DNA of 64,000 nucleotides from Felis catus (taxonomy: Eukaryota): assembly GCF_018350175.1 (NCBI RefSeq), contig NC_058368.1, positions 198,216,001 to 198,280,000 on the forward strand, given 5' to 3'. A program made the translations under genes and the position numbers. The notes beneath the pieces are model-generated. The model ran no database searches. It was not told the DNA's origin and was given only the letters and a program-made list of their open reading frames with translations. This document shows positions 25,554 to 37,093 of this stretch, piece by piece; position 1 is the stretch's first letter; each line of letters starts with the position of its first letter.

Positions 25554-27660
25554 ATGTGGTGTTTCTGAGTATGCAAATAACACATGCTTATTATAAAAAT
25601 AAAATTAGAAAACATTAAAGTGGTACATCTGTATTGTAAAAAAAAAAAACAGGGCACCATCAATAAATTCAATACAACTGGCGTTAATCTGAAGACATTC
25701 AATTCTGTTTAGCTTGTGTGTTCAAAAATGTACAGCTTTATTTGTGACTTGGGAAGAGGAAGACACTTAGTATTTATCTTCCTAGCTTTCCCATTTCTAG
25801 ATCCTCTCTCCTTTTTTCACATGCAAATGGAATGTAAATCGTTTCCTAAAATCTGCAATTTTATGGCCTCTGTTGAATAGGATACTGCTCCAGACTCTGG
25901 GCCATTTTATCATGGCTCAGATTTACTACCCAGCAGCTCCAGAACAATTTGAGACATAAAAGAAGGGGCAGAGGCAGGCTTTGGAGGTGATGCAGATAAT
26001 CAAAACCTTTTCTCTGGAATTACTTAATGAAGACATTTATCAAGCACGTATTACGTGCTTTGATTAGCCCTCTTCAGTTTAGTTGGTGAAAAGAGACATG
26101 ACTCAGGCAGGAATCAAGTTCAATTGTAAAGGGAGTTTGGAACTATGCAGCCATGTTCATGTAAGCAAATGGCTTTGATTGCTTTCTGGCATTCTGTACC
26201 AGTTTTTCTAACTTCAAATTTTCAAATTTCAGTTAGCCAATAACCTGCTAACCAATTGGGAGAATGTTTTAGGCAGTTGATGTTTGAGTTCTCTTTCACA
26301 CCTTTACCTTAAAGGACTAAATTGTTTCCAGCCCTCTACCACTCTCGGCTGGGGAGGCAAAGCCACCGTATCAGTGTGCACATAAAACCCACATCCTTTC
26401 TTGTTTTTTTGATGGATAAACAAAAATGACCATTTTAATCAGTGACTCTGGATGGCTTTAGCTCGTGAAAGAAACCGAGACACTCCACGATGCTTAATAT
26501 CATACTTGATCGAAATAATTGTAGGCATACATTTGTTACGTTATAACTCAAAATATTTTCTTATCCCAGAATAAGCTCACCATTTTTTTCAAACCATACC
26601 ATGTCAACCTACCAAGATAATCAAGTAACACTCTTGTTTTTTGCGGTACTATCACATCTGCCTAAATGGGAAAAGCTAAATCACAGAACTTGTGCTGAAA
26701 ATCTTATATCCTGAAGAATTAAACATACACCGAGAACGTGAATCGTCAAATTTTTGTGAAATGGAAACTTTTTACATTTGTAGACATTTAGTGTTCATTT
26801 CGAAGAATGTGTGAACAAAGTATGAATCGAATTCTTTAAAGCACTAGTCCCTTCCAAGGAGAGCACAGGGCTAATTGAGTGATTTTCATTCTGGTGCTTG
26901 CTTAGATAATTTGGAATCATTAAAAAGCAAAGTGTTCTGGTTTTGAGGTTTTTAATGTCTGGCCTTTTTTCTTTTCCATAAAGCCAGTAATTGCATTTTA
27001 GCCATTGTGCTTTTGTGGCAGGATGGTCGTCCATCTTTGTCTCTGCGGTGGCAACACAAACACAGCCTTCCAGGGCCACACTTAGCAAACAATGCAATGG
27101 ATTCTGTGCTGTGAATTTTGTCCACTTACCTCTTCTTCCAGAGTCTCAGTCTGTTGCTCAAGATAACGCTCACATTTTAAGAAATTGCAAGCACATTTCC
27201 CGTGGGATAGAAATTAATTTATCACAACTTAATGGCGAACACAGCAGGATCGCTGAACTTTGGCCCTGTAGTTTTCTGAGCAGAGAAGGATCAGTGTCTT
27301 TGTGTTAATGATCACTCTGGCCTCCCTGTCCCTACTTTCCTGAGGTCTCTTCAGTAGCAAGCTCCATGGTAACTAGACCCAGTAGTCATTTTGGGCACTT
27401 CCCACCAGTGTTTTGCTTTGGTAATTTGGATTTTGCCATTACAAGTCACTGGATTATGTGTTACCATATTTTCTACATGTAGAAATACTGCATTGTCACT
27501 TACCTGCTCATTGTTCACACTGGAAATTGGCTCGTGGGTCCTGGCCCAGTAGCTTTGAATAACCAAAAATGTTTCTTGTTCTTAGAACTGTTGGCTCTTT
27601 CTTTGAAAAAGCAGATAGAACTAATATCCACTTAAATGAGAGCGGTTTATCTTTTCTCCT

Positions 27661-28130
27661 TGCATTCATTTCCTACGGCTGCTATAATAAATTGCCGCAA
27701 ACTTGGTGGCTTGAAATGGCAGAAATGTGTTATCTCATAGTTTTGGAGACCAGAAGTTGGGACTCCATTTCACTGGGCTGAAGTCAAGGTGTCAGCATGT
27801 TGTTTCTCCCTCTGGAGGCTCTGAGGGGGAATTCCTTCCTTGCCTTTGAAAGCTTCTGGTAGCTGCCAGTATTTCTTGGTTTGTAGCTTCATCATTCCAG
27901 TCTCTGCTTCCACCGTCGCTTTCCTTTCTCCTCTTTTGTCTGTGGCAAATACCCCTCAGCCTCCCTCTTGTACAGATGTTTGTGATTGCAGTTACCTGGA
28001 TAGTCCAGGGTAATTTCCAATCTCGGGACCCTTAATGACATCTGCAAAGTGTTTGTCAAAGAAGGTAATAGTCACAAGTTCAAGGGATTTGGCTCTGGTA
28101 TTGGCCTACTACATTCTTTAGCGTGCTACA
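27661..28130 (-). mobile_element. MLT1 (MaLR) LTR
   Basis: tgcattcatttcctacggctgctataataaattgccgcaaacttggtggcttgaaa...ctggaggctctgagggggaattccttccttgcct...ccttaatgacatctgcaaag, resembling MLT1C/D. Confidence 0.8.
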
Positions 28131-29789
28131 TACACTTCTCTACAAAAAAGCAAGATGTCCCATACTACCTTCTATTTCTTCTGAATGAATTGATCACCTT
28201 TACTACAATCTTGTTTGGTAGTTTAGTCAAAGGTTTCCATGCTTTTAATGGCATAAAGCCCATGAAAGTCAATGTTTACTTCCATATAATGTGGATTTGG
28301 ACCTTTCTGGCAGGGAGGGCTATAGATGGCTATATTGTTAGGCTCCTTGAAAACCTTGTTGATGTGGCATTTTTATGGAAATTGGCTCAGTCATGGAGGG
28401 GGCATGGGTAATTATTTGGACTTGGTTTTCAGTTGCCCATTTCTAGCTGGAGAGTTCCAGATATCACCATTCAGGAACTTAGGTCTCCTAAAAATGCCTC
28501 TTCTATCCATTCTCATTGAGGATAATCCCTTCTGGGACTTAACCCAGTTCCACTTTTTTTAGCAGGATGCCTGGGGTGCACCCTCTAAGCTGTGACTCCC
28601 TGGGCTGCCCCAGACTTGTGACCTCTTCCGGGAACCTTGAGCCCTCCATACCCAGCTGGTCTCTACACACGTGATGGTGCCAGTCCTGGTAAAATTAATA
28701 AAGGGCACAGAAAGAAGAGTCATTTATCTGAGCTCATCCTTCAGGAGCACAGGACCTTGTTGTCGTCCAAACCTTAGCGTATAGGACTTTTTGGTTAGCC
28801 CAAATGAAATCTTAGAGGCTTTACCATTCTGAATTGTTTGGCTTTCTACAGTCTCCTTTCTCCGTGAACATCTGCCCAAGATAGAGACTTTTTGGACACT
28901 TCTGTTTCCCTTGCTTCTTCTGGACAATTGTCCTATCTAGAGACTTGGACCTTTAACAAAGCCATCGTGTCGTGGAGAATCAAGTGAGTGGACTGTATGT
29001 GACCCTTTCTCCTTCCCCCTTTTCCCAGCTGACTCTAAGACAGTATGGTTACTCTCTTCTCCAGTGGGAATTTCAAGGCTGTGATTGACTTTTAGGCCCC
29101 ACTGTGGGAAAGACTAGTGTAAAAGGCTTATGCTGTGATTTTCTTATCAGGACCATAGGGAGCCACATTTACAAAGACCCTCGGAATGAAGAGATGCTCC
29201 AGAGTGCTCTAGCCTGCCTTTGGCTGAGTTTGACAGTGCTATTCTCTTAACACTCAGTCCTGTCCGCATGTACTTTTGTGGACCTACAGAATGTGCACAC
29301 TATTTTAGGGGAAGAATGATCAGATTCTGTATATCAGAGTGCTCCCACTTCACCCCTGGGTTCATCCAAGGCACTCTTAATGACTCTTAGCTCTCTGCCT
29401 TCAGGTTTCAAAAGCTTACCTTTAAGAAAATAGATGTCTGCCAGTCACCTTGGGTCCAGAAAGGGATTGCCTTCAACCTTGAACCAGGTGGAAACTCATT
29501 CCCACCTTCTTCCCTCTAAGGTCCTGTGAGAAAGTTTGTCCGTGATATACAATGGCAGTGGCATAAAAGAAGTCGAATACAGTTTTTCTTTAACTTGACT
29601 TTTGTAATAAATACAGTATATAGAAGGAGCTATTTGAATTCTTACAAGCTCTAGCCCATAGTGGTTTTCTCGTCTTACACATACCTACCAACTGACTTTT
29701 TACATTACTAAACTCCTTGAAGTTGGAGCGCACATCTTACGAATTTCTTGGTTGCCTAGAATCTTCACTGAGCTTCCCATGGTGAAGGA

Positions 29790-30025
29790 GCAGGACAGTG
29801 GAAAAAGCATGAATTCCAGAGTCACATGGGACTGGATTAAAAACTGGCCTCTCCCACTTATTGGCTATGGGTGAATTATTTAAATGTTCTGAACCTCGGG
29901 GTGTTTTAAAATTTGTCAAATGGGTATAATGAGGCCCCTAACACAAAACTAAATAAAATGAGTTATACAATATACCTTGCAGAGTGCCTGGCACGTACGT
30001 AGGGCTCAGTAAAAGTTAGGTACTC
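29790..30025 (+). mobile_element. MIR fragment
   Basis: ggactggattaaaaactggcctctcccactta...tgtcaaatgggtataat...cagagtgcctggcacgtacgtagggctcagtaaa. Confidence 0.7.
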
Positions 30026-31269
30026 TTTGTGTTTTTGTTGAATAAATGGTTAAGAAATGTCTTGGATCGCCTTATTTCTACTGCTTCCTGATATAAACAT
30101 ATACTTTATAATTAAATTTTGTAAAGCACTTGTTAAGTAGCTTGTTCATTTAACAAATGTTTATTGAAATGTCAAGTATACGATGGTGAACTGATACTTA
30201 TTTACAAAGCAACTGGAAGTAAACTTCTGGAGCCTATGACAACATCCAGCCTAAAACTTTCTTTGTTTGATGAGAGAAAATTTATTTTATTAGGTATGTT
30301 TTAGAAATTTCTGATTATTGAATATTTTCATGCCATGATTCTTTTTAAAAAAATAAGTCTAATCTTTCATCTTAACCAGAATCCTCTGATGTCCTAGTGA
30401 GGAGGTGATTATTGAGGACTTAGATGCTTTATTGAAAGACCCAGAAATGCCCAGGGCATGTGGCAAAAGACTAATTAAGTTAAATGTATATTTACAAGTG
30501 AGATATTAGTCCGTATTTTAATGCAGCAATGGAGGCCTGACCAACCCAGGGTTCAAATTCTATTACACTCCTCTGCTTCCATTTTTATATCAGTGTGTGT
30601 CCTTTTCCTCCTGAGAGGAAGAAGAGTCATAATTCAGGCAGTTGGAGCCAAAGAGGCCCCAGTAAAGTGATCTAGGAGAAAGGGCTCTTATCTGTAAATA
30701 CGGAGATATGGCTTCTGGTCTCAGCTCTCTTCCCAGTGAGGCTGGTGATTACGGGGGGAGATGGAGAGAAGTTCCCTAAATTTCCAGCCTCTCTGAGGTT
30801 CTCAGCAGCCTCTCAGCTGTAAAATTTAACCCATCATAGAAAAGTCAGGAGGGCCCCTGGCCAAATCTGTCTCTTTGGCCTCTGACAAATGTTTTTCTTT
30901 GTGGTTCTGTAGTCATCAAGGATGTGAAATCCAAAAGGTTTAGATCTCGGAGATCCAATCGTTGCCATCACATTATCACTTCAAATAAAAGCACTACTCG
31001 GGTCTAGGATTTTGACCTATGTATTCACCCACTTACAGGCTAGGTAGGAGTACAGCCTTGTTAAAGTATTAGAGAAATGGACATAGTTGGAGGTGGGGGG
31101 TCGGTATATTGGGATAGGAAACCACCATTTCTTGATGTCAGAGTGCCCAAGGCATTTGAAGATTGTCCTCACTCCCCCGTTCTGCATACACTTAGTCATC
31201 AGAGAACAGAAACTATTGGTCTTTAACTGAAGTTGATATAGTAGAATACTATGGGATTTACTTTTTTAG

Positions 31270-32432
31270 ATTTTTTTCATTGTTATTTTGAAATAATTTC
31301 AAACTTACAGAACAATTGGAAAAGAGTACAAAAATGCCAGTATACTCTTCACTCATATTCCCTGAATGTTAACTTTTAACTGTCTGCTTTATCATTCCCT
31401 CTACACACACACACACACACACTTCTGAACTTTTAAGAGCCAGTTGCAGACATGACATACCTTTACCTCTTTTTTTAAGTTTATTTATTTATTTTTAGAG
31501 AGACAGAGAGAGGGAGCACATGTAGGAGAGGCCGAGAGAGAAGGAGAGAGAGAGAGAGAAAATCCCAAGCAGGTTCCACACTGTCAGTGCAGAGCCCCCA
31601 TGCTGGGCTCGAACCCACAAACCATGAGATCATGACCTGAGCCCAAACCAAGAGTTGGTCCCTTCACTGACTGAGCCCCCCAGGTGCCCCTGAGGTACAT
31701 TTACCTCAAAATACCTCAGTGTATATTTCCTAAAAACAAGGCCTCTCTCGTGTAACCACAGTATAATTTTCAAAATCATGAAATTATCATTGATACAGTA
31801 TTAATACATAATCTATAGACCTTATTCAAATTTCACAAGTTGTTTCAGCGAATATCCTCTAGAAAAAAGAGTATCATAGACTATCCTAGAAAAAAAAATC
31901 CACAGCGTAAAACGTAGCATTTAGTCGTCAGGTATCCTCGGTCTGCTTTACTCAGAGACCATTCTGCAGTCATGCTGACTTTTGTGACATTGCCAGTTTT
32001 TGAGGAAAACAGACCAGTTATTTGTAGAATGTTCCTTGGTTTGGTTTTATTGAATGTTTCCTCACAGTCGGATTCAGGTTGTGTGCTTTGGTGGAAATTG
32101 GCACGAGAGATGCTGAGTTCTGTTCCTGCTTCAGGTCAGGAGACACCGATGCTCATTTGGTCCTGTCACTGATGGTCTTGTATCAGTCTTTTAGCAGTTT
32201 TTCTGGTTTCTCCACTGAGAAGTTACTATTTTCACTTTTATAATTAAGTATCTCATGAGGGAACACTTTGGAACTGTTTAAATCCCCTGTTTCTCATCGC
32301 AACTTAGCTTACTAGTTTAAGCAACCATTTAGGATTCTTACCTGTGAAACATTTAGTACTGTGGTGATTGCCAAATGGTGATTTTTCTCATTCTAATTTT
32401 CCTTCTGCATTTACTAGTTGGAATTCTATAAA
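31270..32432 (-). mobile_element. Old L1M (L1MC-like) 3' UTR fragment, interrupted by a SINE
   Basis: Starts ttattttgaaataatttcaaacttacagaa and includes gtttctccactgagaagttactattt and gccaaatggtgatttttctcattct. Confidence 0.7.
31470..31690 (-). mobile_element. Can-SINE (older)
   Basis: Reverse SINEC: gggctcgaacccacaaaccatgagatcatgacctgagc...caggtgcccc. Confidence 0.9.
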
Positions 32433-32440
32433 ATGGAATT

Positions 32441-32631
32441 TCTTTTTTAATGCTTATTGTTTTGAGAGAGAGAAGAGAGAGTGGGGCGGGGGCAGGGAGA
32501 GAATCACAAGCAGGCCCCTCACTGTCAGTGCAGAGCCCGACACAGGGCTCAATCTCACAAACCATGAGATCATGACCTGAGCTAAAAATCAGGAGTCAGA
32601 CACTTAACCAACGGAGCCACTCAGGTGCCCC
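32441..32631 (-). mobile_element. Can-SINE (older)
   Basis: Reverse SINEC ending ggagccactcaggtgcccc. Degenerate TSD aaatggaatttct / aaattgaatttct. Confidence 0.88.
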
Positions 32632-32950
32632 TACAAATTGAATTTCTAATGGCATTCCAGAAGGACTCCACCTGTAAAAGAGAAAGTATCCAGGCTAATC
32701 TAAATCCATGGGAAATAAAAACCTCCCTGCTCCTCTCTCCTTAATCTTAGAGCCCAGGTATTCAGCTAAGTGGCTTATCTCTCTATATTTAATACAGCGG
32801 AAATTTGCAGAGCTGTTGGAAGCTGTTCCTAAGGCCACTTTGGGGTAACAAAATTCCTAATCCTGTCTGAGATCCTTCCCTCCTCAAGTTTACCTTACAC
32901 CTTTCTTCCCCATAAAGTCTTGTTCTTCTCCCTTTTCCAGCTCTCTCCCA

Positions 32951-32952
<2 letters not shown>

Positions 32953-32988
<36 letters not shown>
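32953..32988. repeat. (CA)n microsatellite
   Basis: About 18 CA units, read directly. Confidence 0.9.
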
Positions 32989-32990
<2 letters not shown>

Positions 32991-34389
32991 TAGAATTTGA
33001 TTCTTAAAGCTCAATGTCTTCTAAATATTAAAGACTCTACTCTAAGTTCCTTCAAGTCATGGCTGCCAAGTTGACATTCCACACACACACTCCCTTTTAC
33101 TTCTAGCTCAGACTTTCAGTTATCTGCTGTCCTGTCTTGAAGCTCAGACACTCAAGCTGATCTAATTTAATTCTCTCACTCTCCAGCATAGAATAAGTCA
33201 ATAAGTTATTCAGAATTTCTCACTTTTTGAGTGACTTTTCAAAAACAGAATTACAGCCAACCTCTCCTCCAGTAGTCTTCCAAAGTATACAGCCTCCTCT
33301 CCAATTACTTCCCTCAAATTTCTGACCTTCATCTCAACTGTTCCCATCTATAAGAACCATTCTTTCCCTGGGACAATCATTCCTCATCCTGTAGACATCA
33401 GAAGACCCTTAGATTATTCCAATAACTTATTATATATTTTTCAGAGAAGTTAACTTTTACTTAAACCAGAGAAGTGAAAGATAAGATCAACTAGCCTCTA
33501 AGAATTTTTTTCTTCCTGGTCAATAGACCGTGTTACTTTTAATATTAAGGAGCTGGATGTCTCTTTCCTTATAATATTACACATCTCTCAAGCAGAATGG
33601 GAAACTTTAGGAACCATTCTCCAGTCCAAAATCCATGGCATAGTCACCTGTGAATGAATACATTTATGATGAATATTTTATTATAAATCTTAAGCTGATA
33701 ATAGAAATAGTAGAACTGCTAAATAAAACTGACTTGTTTCCCAGAAACTTCTAAGGAAAAACTCCAATTTTTCCTTGCTTCTTTATGAGAAACAATACTT
33801 TCTTCTCCTTGTTTAAAATCCCTAAATGACTGCACTTCCTTGTCTTATCCATGAATAGGAAAGGAATGAGAAACTTGCCAACAGGTTTTGGCCACTGTGG
33901 AAACAGGAAGCTTATATTCCATGGAAACTCATAGACCCAAAGCCTTTCTAGAACTCTGGTTCTAGGTACGTCCATTGTGTCAGCGTTGAGCCACAGCAAT
34001 ACACAGCCAGACTCCTGTTAATTAATACAGTATTTCCAAATACTGACTGATGAAATGCTCTGTAAATTATGGGATAATGTATGCTAGGCACTGCTGACAT
34101 GGACATAAATACCTTGGAAAAACCTACCTCTAAGTTCAGATATTATAGAAGGCAGGTCAGAAAAAAAAGATATGACCTATCAGAATGAAAGGGTTAACCA
34201 TTTTATCTCTAGTCTTCCTTTCTGTGATTAGAGTTTTAGAACTTTCAGTCACTGTTGTTGGAGGAAGGACTACCCACATGCTATCTGAACAACCAAACCC
34301 TGGGTGGGGCCTATCTCCATCAGCTGGGCCACAAAGGACATTGATAGGCAACAGGCATTAGAGACTTAGATGAAAATATTGAAAAATAC

Positions 34390-35760
34390 CCTAAGCAAGG
34401 TGGGAAAATTTGAACATCAATAAGAATAACAATTGCAATAGAATGAAATACATCATACATTAAAATTCATGAGTTTATAATGATCTCAAAACAAAACAAA
34501 CGTTTATGTTTGGATATTGGAATCAGGGAGCTCATTTTTCTAAAAATCAGTATAAAGGGAAAGAATCAAGTATTTATCCTGTCTTTCCTACATATACTGC
34601 AGCATAGCATCAGTGTAGCCGAATAGCTGATGAGGGAAAATTCTTTTTAGAAGACTTTCAGGTAAGAATGAAGAAGGAATGTTTAAAATATCATTGCCTT
34701 GCCACTGCAAAAATCAGGTGTTTAAACAATCATATCACTGACTCTGTAAAATTATCACATGACCAGGCTGGTGGAGAACTTTAAAAGAGATGGATCAACC
34801 TGGAAGCGTTTGAATTCACCGATTAATCTTAACATATCCAAAAGAGAAGCAACCCAAAATTATTTTGTCTTGCAATGAGATGCACAGAAAATATACAATA
34901 CAACCTGTAAAACATTCCTAACAAAAACTGGAATCTGATTCTTATTACACTTCTAGATTTAATTACTAGTATATTGGAAATGTAGGGGACAGAGGAACAT
35001 GTTAAACAACACCATTGGGATGCAAGCAACAAAATCCAGAATGTAGGAAACTCTATAAGACAGATGACCCAATTACTTTAACAAATAAATTACAAGCAAA
35101 AAAATTAGAGAAGGGGAACCTATAGACTAAGAGATGCCTCTGAGAAGCATCAAACAAATGTGATGTGTGGACTTCTAAGGATCCTGACTCAAAGCAACTA
35201 TGTAAAAAAAAAAAGTCATGTAGTAGATCATCAGAGATATTTGAACACTAATTGGATAGTTGATGATATTAAGTAATTATTGATAATATTTAGATGTGAT
35301 ATGGGGCACCTGGGTGGCTCAGTCGGTTGAGCATCCAACTTTGGCTCAGGTCACGATCTCACAGTTTGTGGGTTTGAGCCCTGCATCAGGCTCTGTACTG
35401 ACAGCTTGCTCAGAGCCTGCAGGTTGCTTCAGATTCTGTGTCTCCTTCTCTCTCTCTCTCTCTGCCCCTCTCCTGCTCATGCTCTGTCTCTCTCTGTCTC
35501 TCAAAAATAAATAAATGTTCAAAAAAATTTTTTAAAAAGATGTGATAATGGTATTGTGATTATGTTTTTTAAAAGAGTCATTTTGTCAATATTTACTACA
35601 ACATTTACAGATAAAATGGTGTTTGAGATTGGCTTCAAAATAAGCTATTGGGCAGAATATGAGTAATATTATATACAACAAGATTGGTTATGAGTTGATA
35701 GTTTTTTAAACTATCATACAGGCAAGTGAAGGTTTATTATATACTTTCTATAATATAAAT
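34390..35760 (+). mobile_element. Old L1M (L1MC4/5-like) 3' UTR fragment, interrupted by a SINE
   Basis: aaaatccagaatgtaggaaactctat, ggatcctgactcaaa, and atttgaacactaattggatagttgatgatattaag...gatgtgataatggtattgtg, typical of L1MC 3' ends. Confidence 0.65.
35303..35537 (+). mobile_element. Can-SINE (SINEC_Fc2-like)
   Basis: SINEC body. TSD agatgtgata at 35292-35301 and 35538-35547. Confidence 0.92.
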
Positions 35761-36021
35761 ACCATAGCCTAAGTCATCTCGAAATTAACGTGCTTTTTTT
35801 TCTTTGATAAATAAACTATTTTTGTAATAGAAGAGCTATGTTTGACAAATAGGTTACCATATTGTTAAGTGCAAACACATATGTTTGCAGATATGTGCCG
35901 TAATTTAAGCATGAGAATGAACCCTGAAAAGACATGTATGTATCTCCTTCAGTTAGGATACATGTTAGTCCTTGTATTATCCCTGAAGCCAGGGGCTGAT
36001 TTTTTCTTCCTGTCTTGACAG

Positions 36022-36205
36022 GTCAGTGAACGACTGATATTATATCAGCATGTGGACCATGAGAACACTGGCTGGACTGCAGAAGACTCTTTCACATTCA
36101 CGACATCCTCCCCACCAGCAGCTCTAGGCCCTGAGGAGTTTCGTATTACTATATCATATGAAATTACTGAACCTGGTCGGCATAGTCGTCTGCTTGCAAA
36201 TACAG
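36022..36205 (+). CDS. CSPG4B: CSPG4B penultimate coding exon; 184 bp, phase 0/1
   Basis: Acceptor tttttcttcctgtcttgacag|GTC and donor ACAG|gtaaag. Encodes VSERLILYQHVDHENTGWTAEDSFTFTTSSPPA...SRLLANT(G), matching NG2 ILYEH...W...D....SSPPA. Confidence 0.92.
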
Positions 36206-36831
36206 GTAAAGGCACCAAAAGATATGGTCAGTGTCTTATTTGTAATTATTAAAGTTGGGACAATTTGGAAATAAGTAATTCTCTTGTTAATTAGAAATGC
36301 CATGATATCATAGCAATGCCATGACATCAGCCTTTGAAAGAAAACATATATAGTTATAAAAATTTATTTCTTTATGCGTGCTCTTTCTCTGGTCCTCTTC
36401 TCTTTCCTCTCATAAGCTTTAACAGTTGTAGTTGGGGGGAAGATTAAAAATTAGCTCTAAAGAATTTTATTTGTACCCGCAAATGGGGACTTTACCATGC
36501 CTATGACTAAAAACTGTCCATAGAAAATGAAAATAACAAATAGGGCAAGTTCCTGAAAGGAAAGGGGTATTGAAAGCTGCACCTGTTTCCATGGCAAGAG
36601 AAAGTCCAGTAGTAGGTAAGTGAGGAAATTAACATTATATAAGTGAATCTCAAGATTTCAGAACTCTCTTGCTTGTAATGTTGACTTAATAGTTTGGGTG
36701 TGTGTACTTAAAATTTAATTTATATGCCTTGGGTAACAAGGTCCCTGTGCAACCAAGGCATTTTGAATAATCCACTGGAATAAGGAAATTTGAGAGTGAA
36801 AGTGCTTTGCAGCTGTCGTCTTAAAGTTCTA

Positions 36832-37041
36832 TACTATTTTTTTTTAAGTTTTAGTTATTTATTTGAGAGAGACAGAGTGAGCGGGGAAGGGGAAGACAGA
36901 GAGGGAGAGAGAATCCCAAGCTGGCTCTGTGCTGCCAGCACAGAGCCCAGTGTGGAGCTCGAACCCACAAAACCATGAGATCATGACCTGAGCTGAAACC
37001 AAGAGTCCGATGCTTAACCGATTGAACCATCCAGGTGCCCC
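36832..37041 (-). mobile_element. Can-SINE (older) in the last intron
   Basis: Reverse SINEC. Degenerate TSD ctgtcgtcttaaagttcta at 36813-36831 and ctgtcatctgaaagttcta at 37041-37059. Confidence 0.92.
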
Positions 37042-37093
37042 TGTCATCTGAAAGTTCTAATGAAATGCCACTTTGTTCTTTATATTTTCACAG

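Noticed and set aside
37060..37093. ATG start of the 693-aa ORF as an independent single-exon gene
   Set aside because: The first 11 codons are intronic (polypyrimidine tract plus cag acceptor). There is no signal peptide, and homology continues into the upstream exons.
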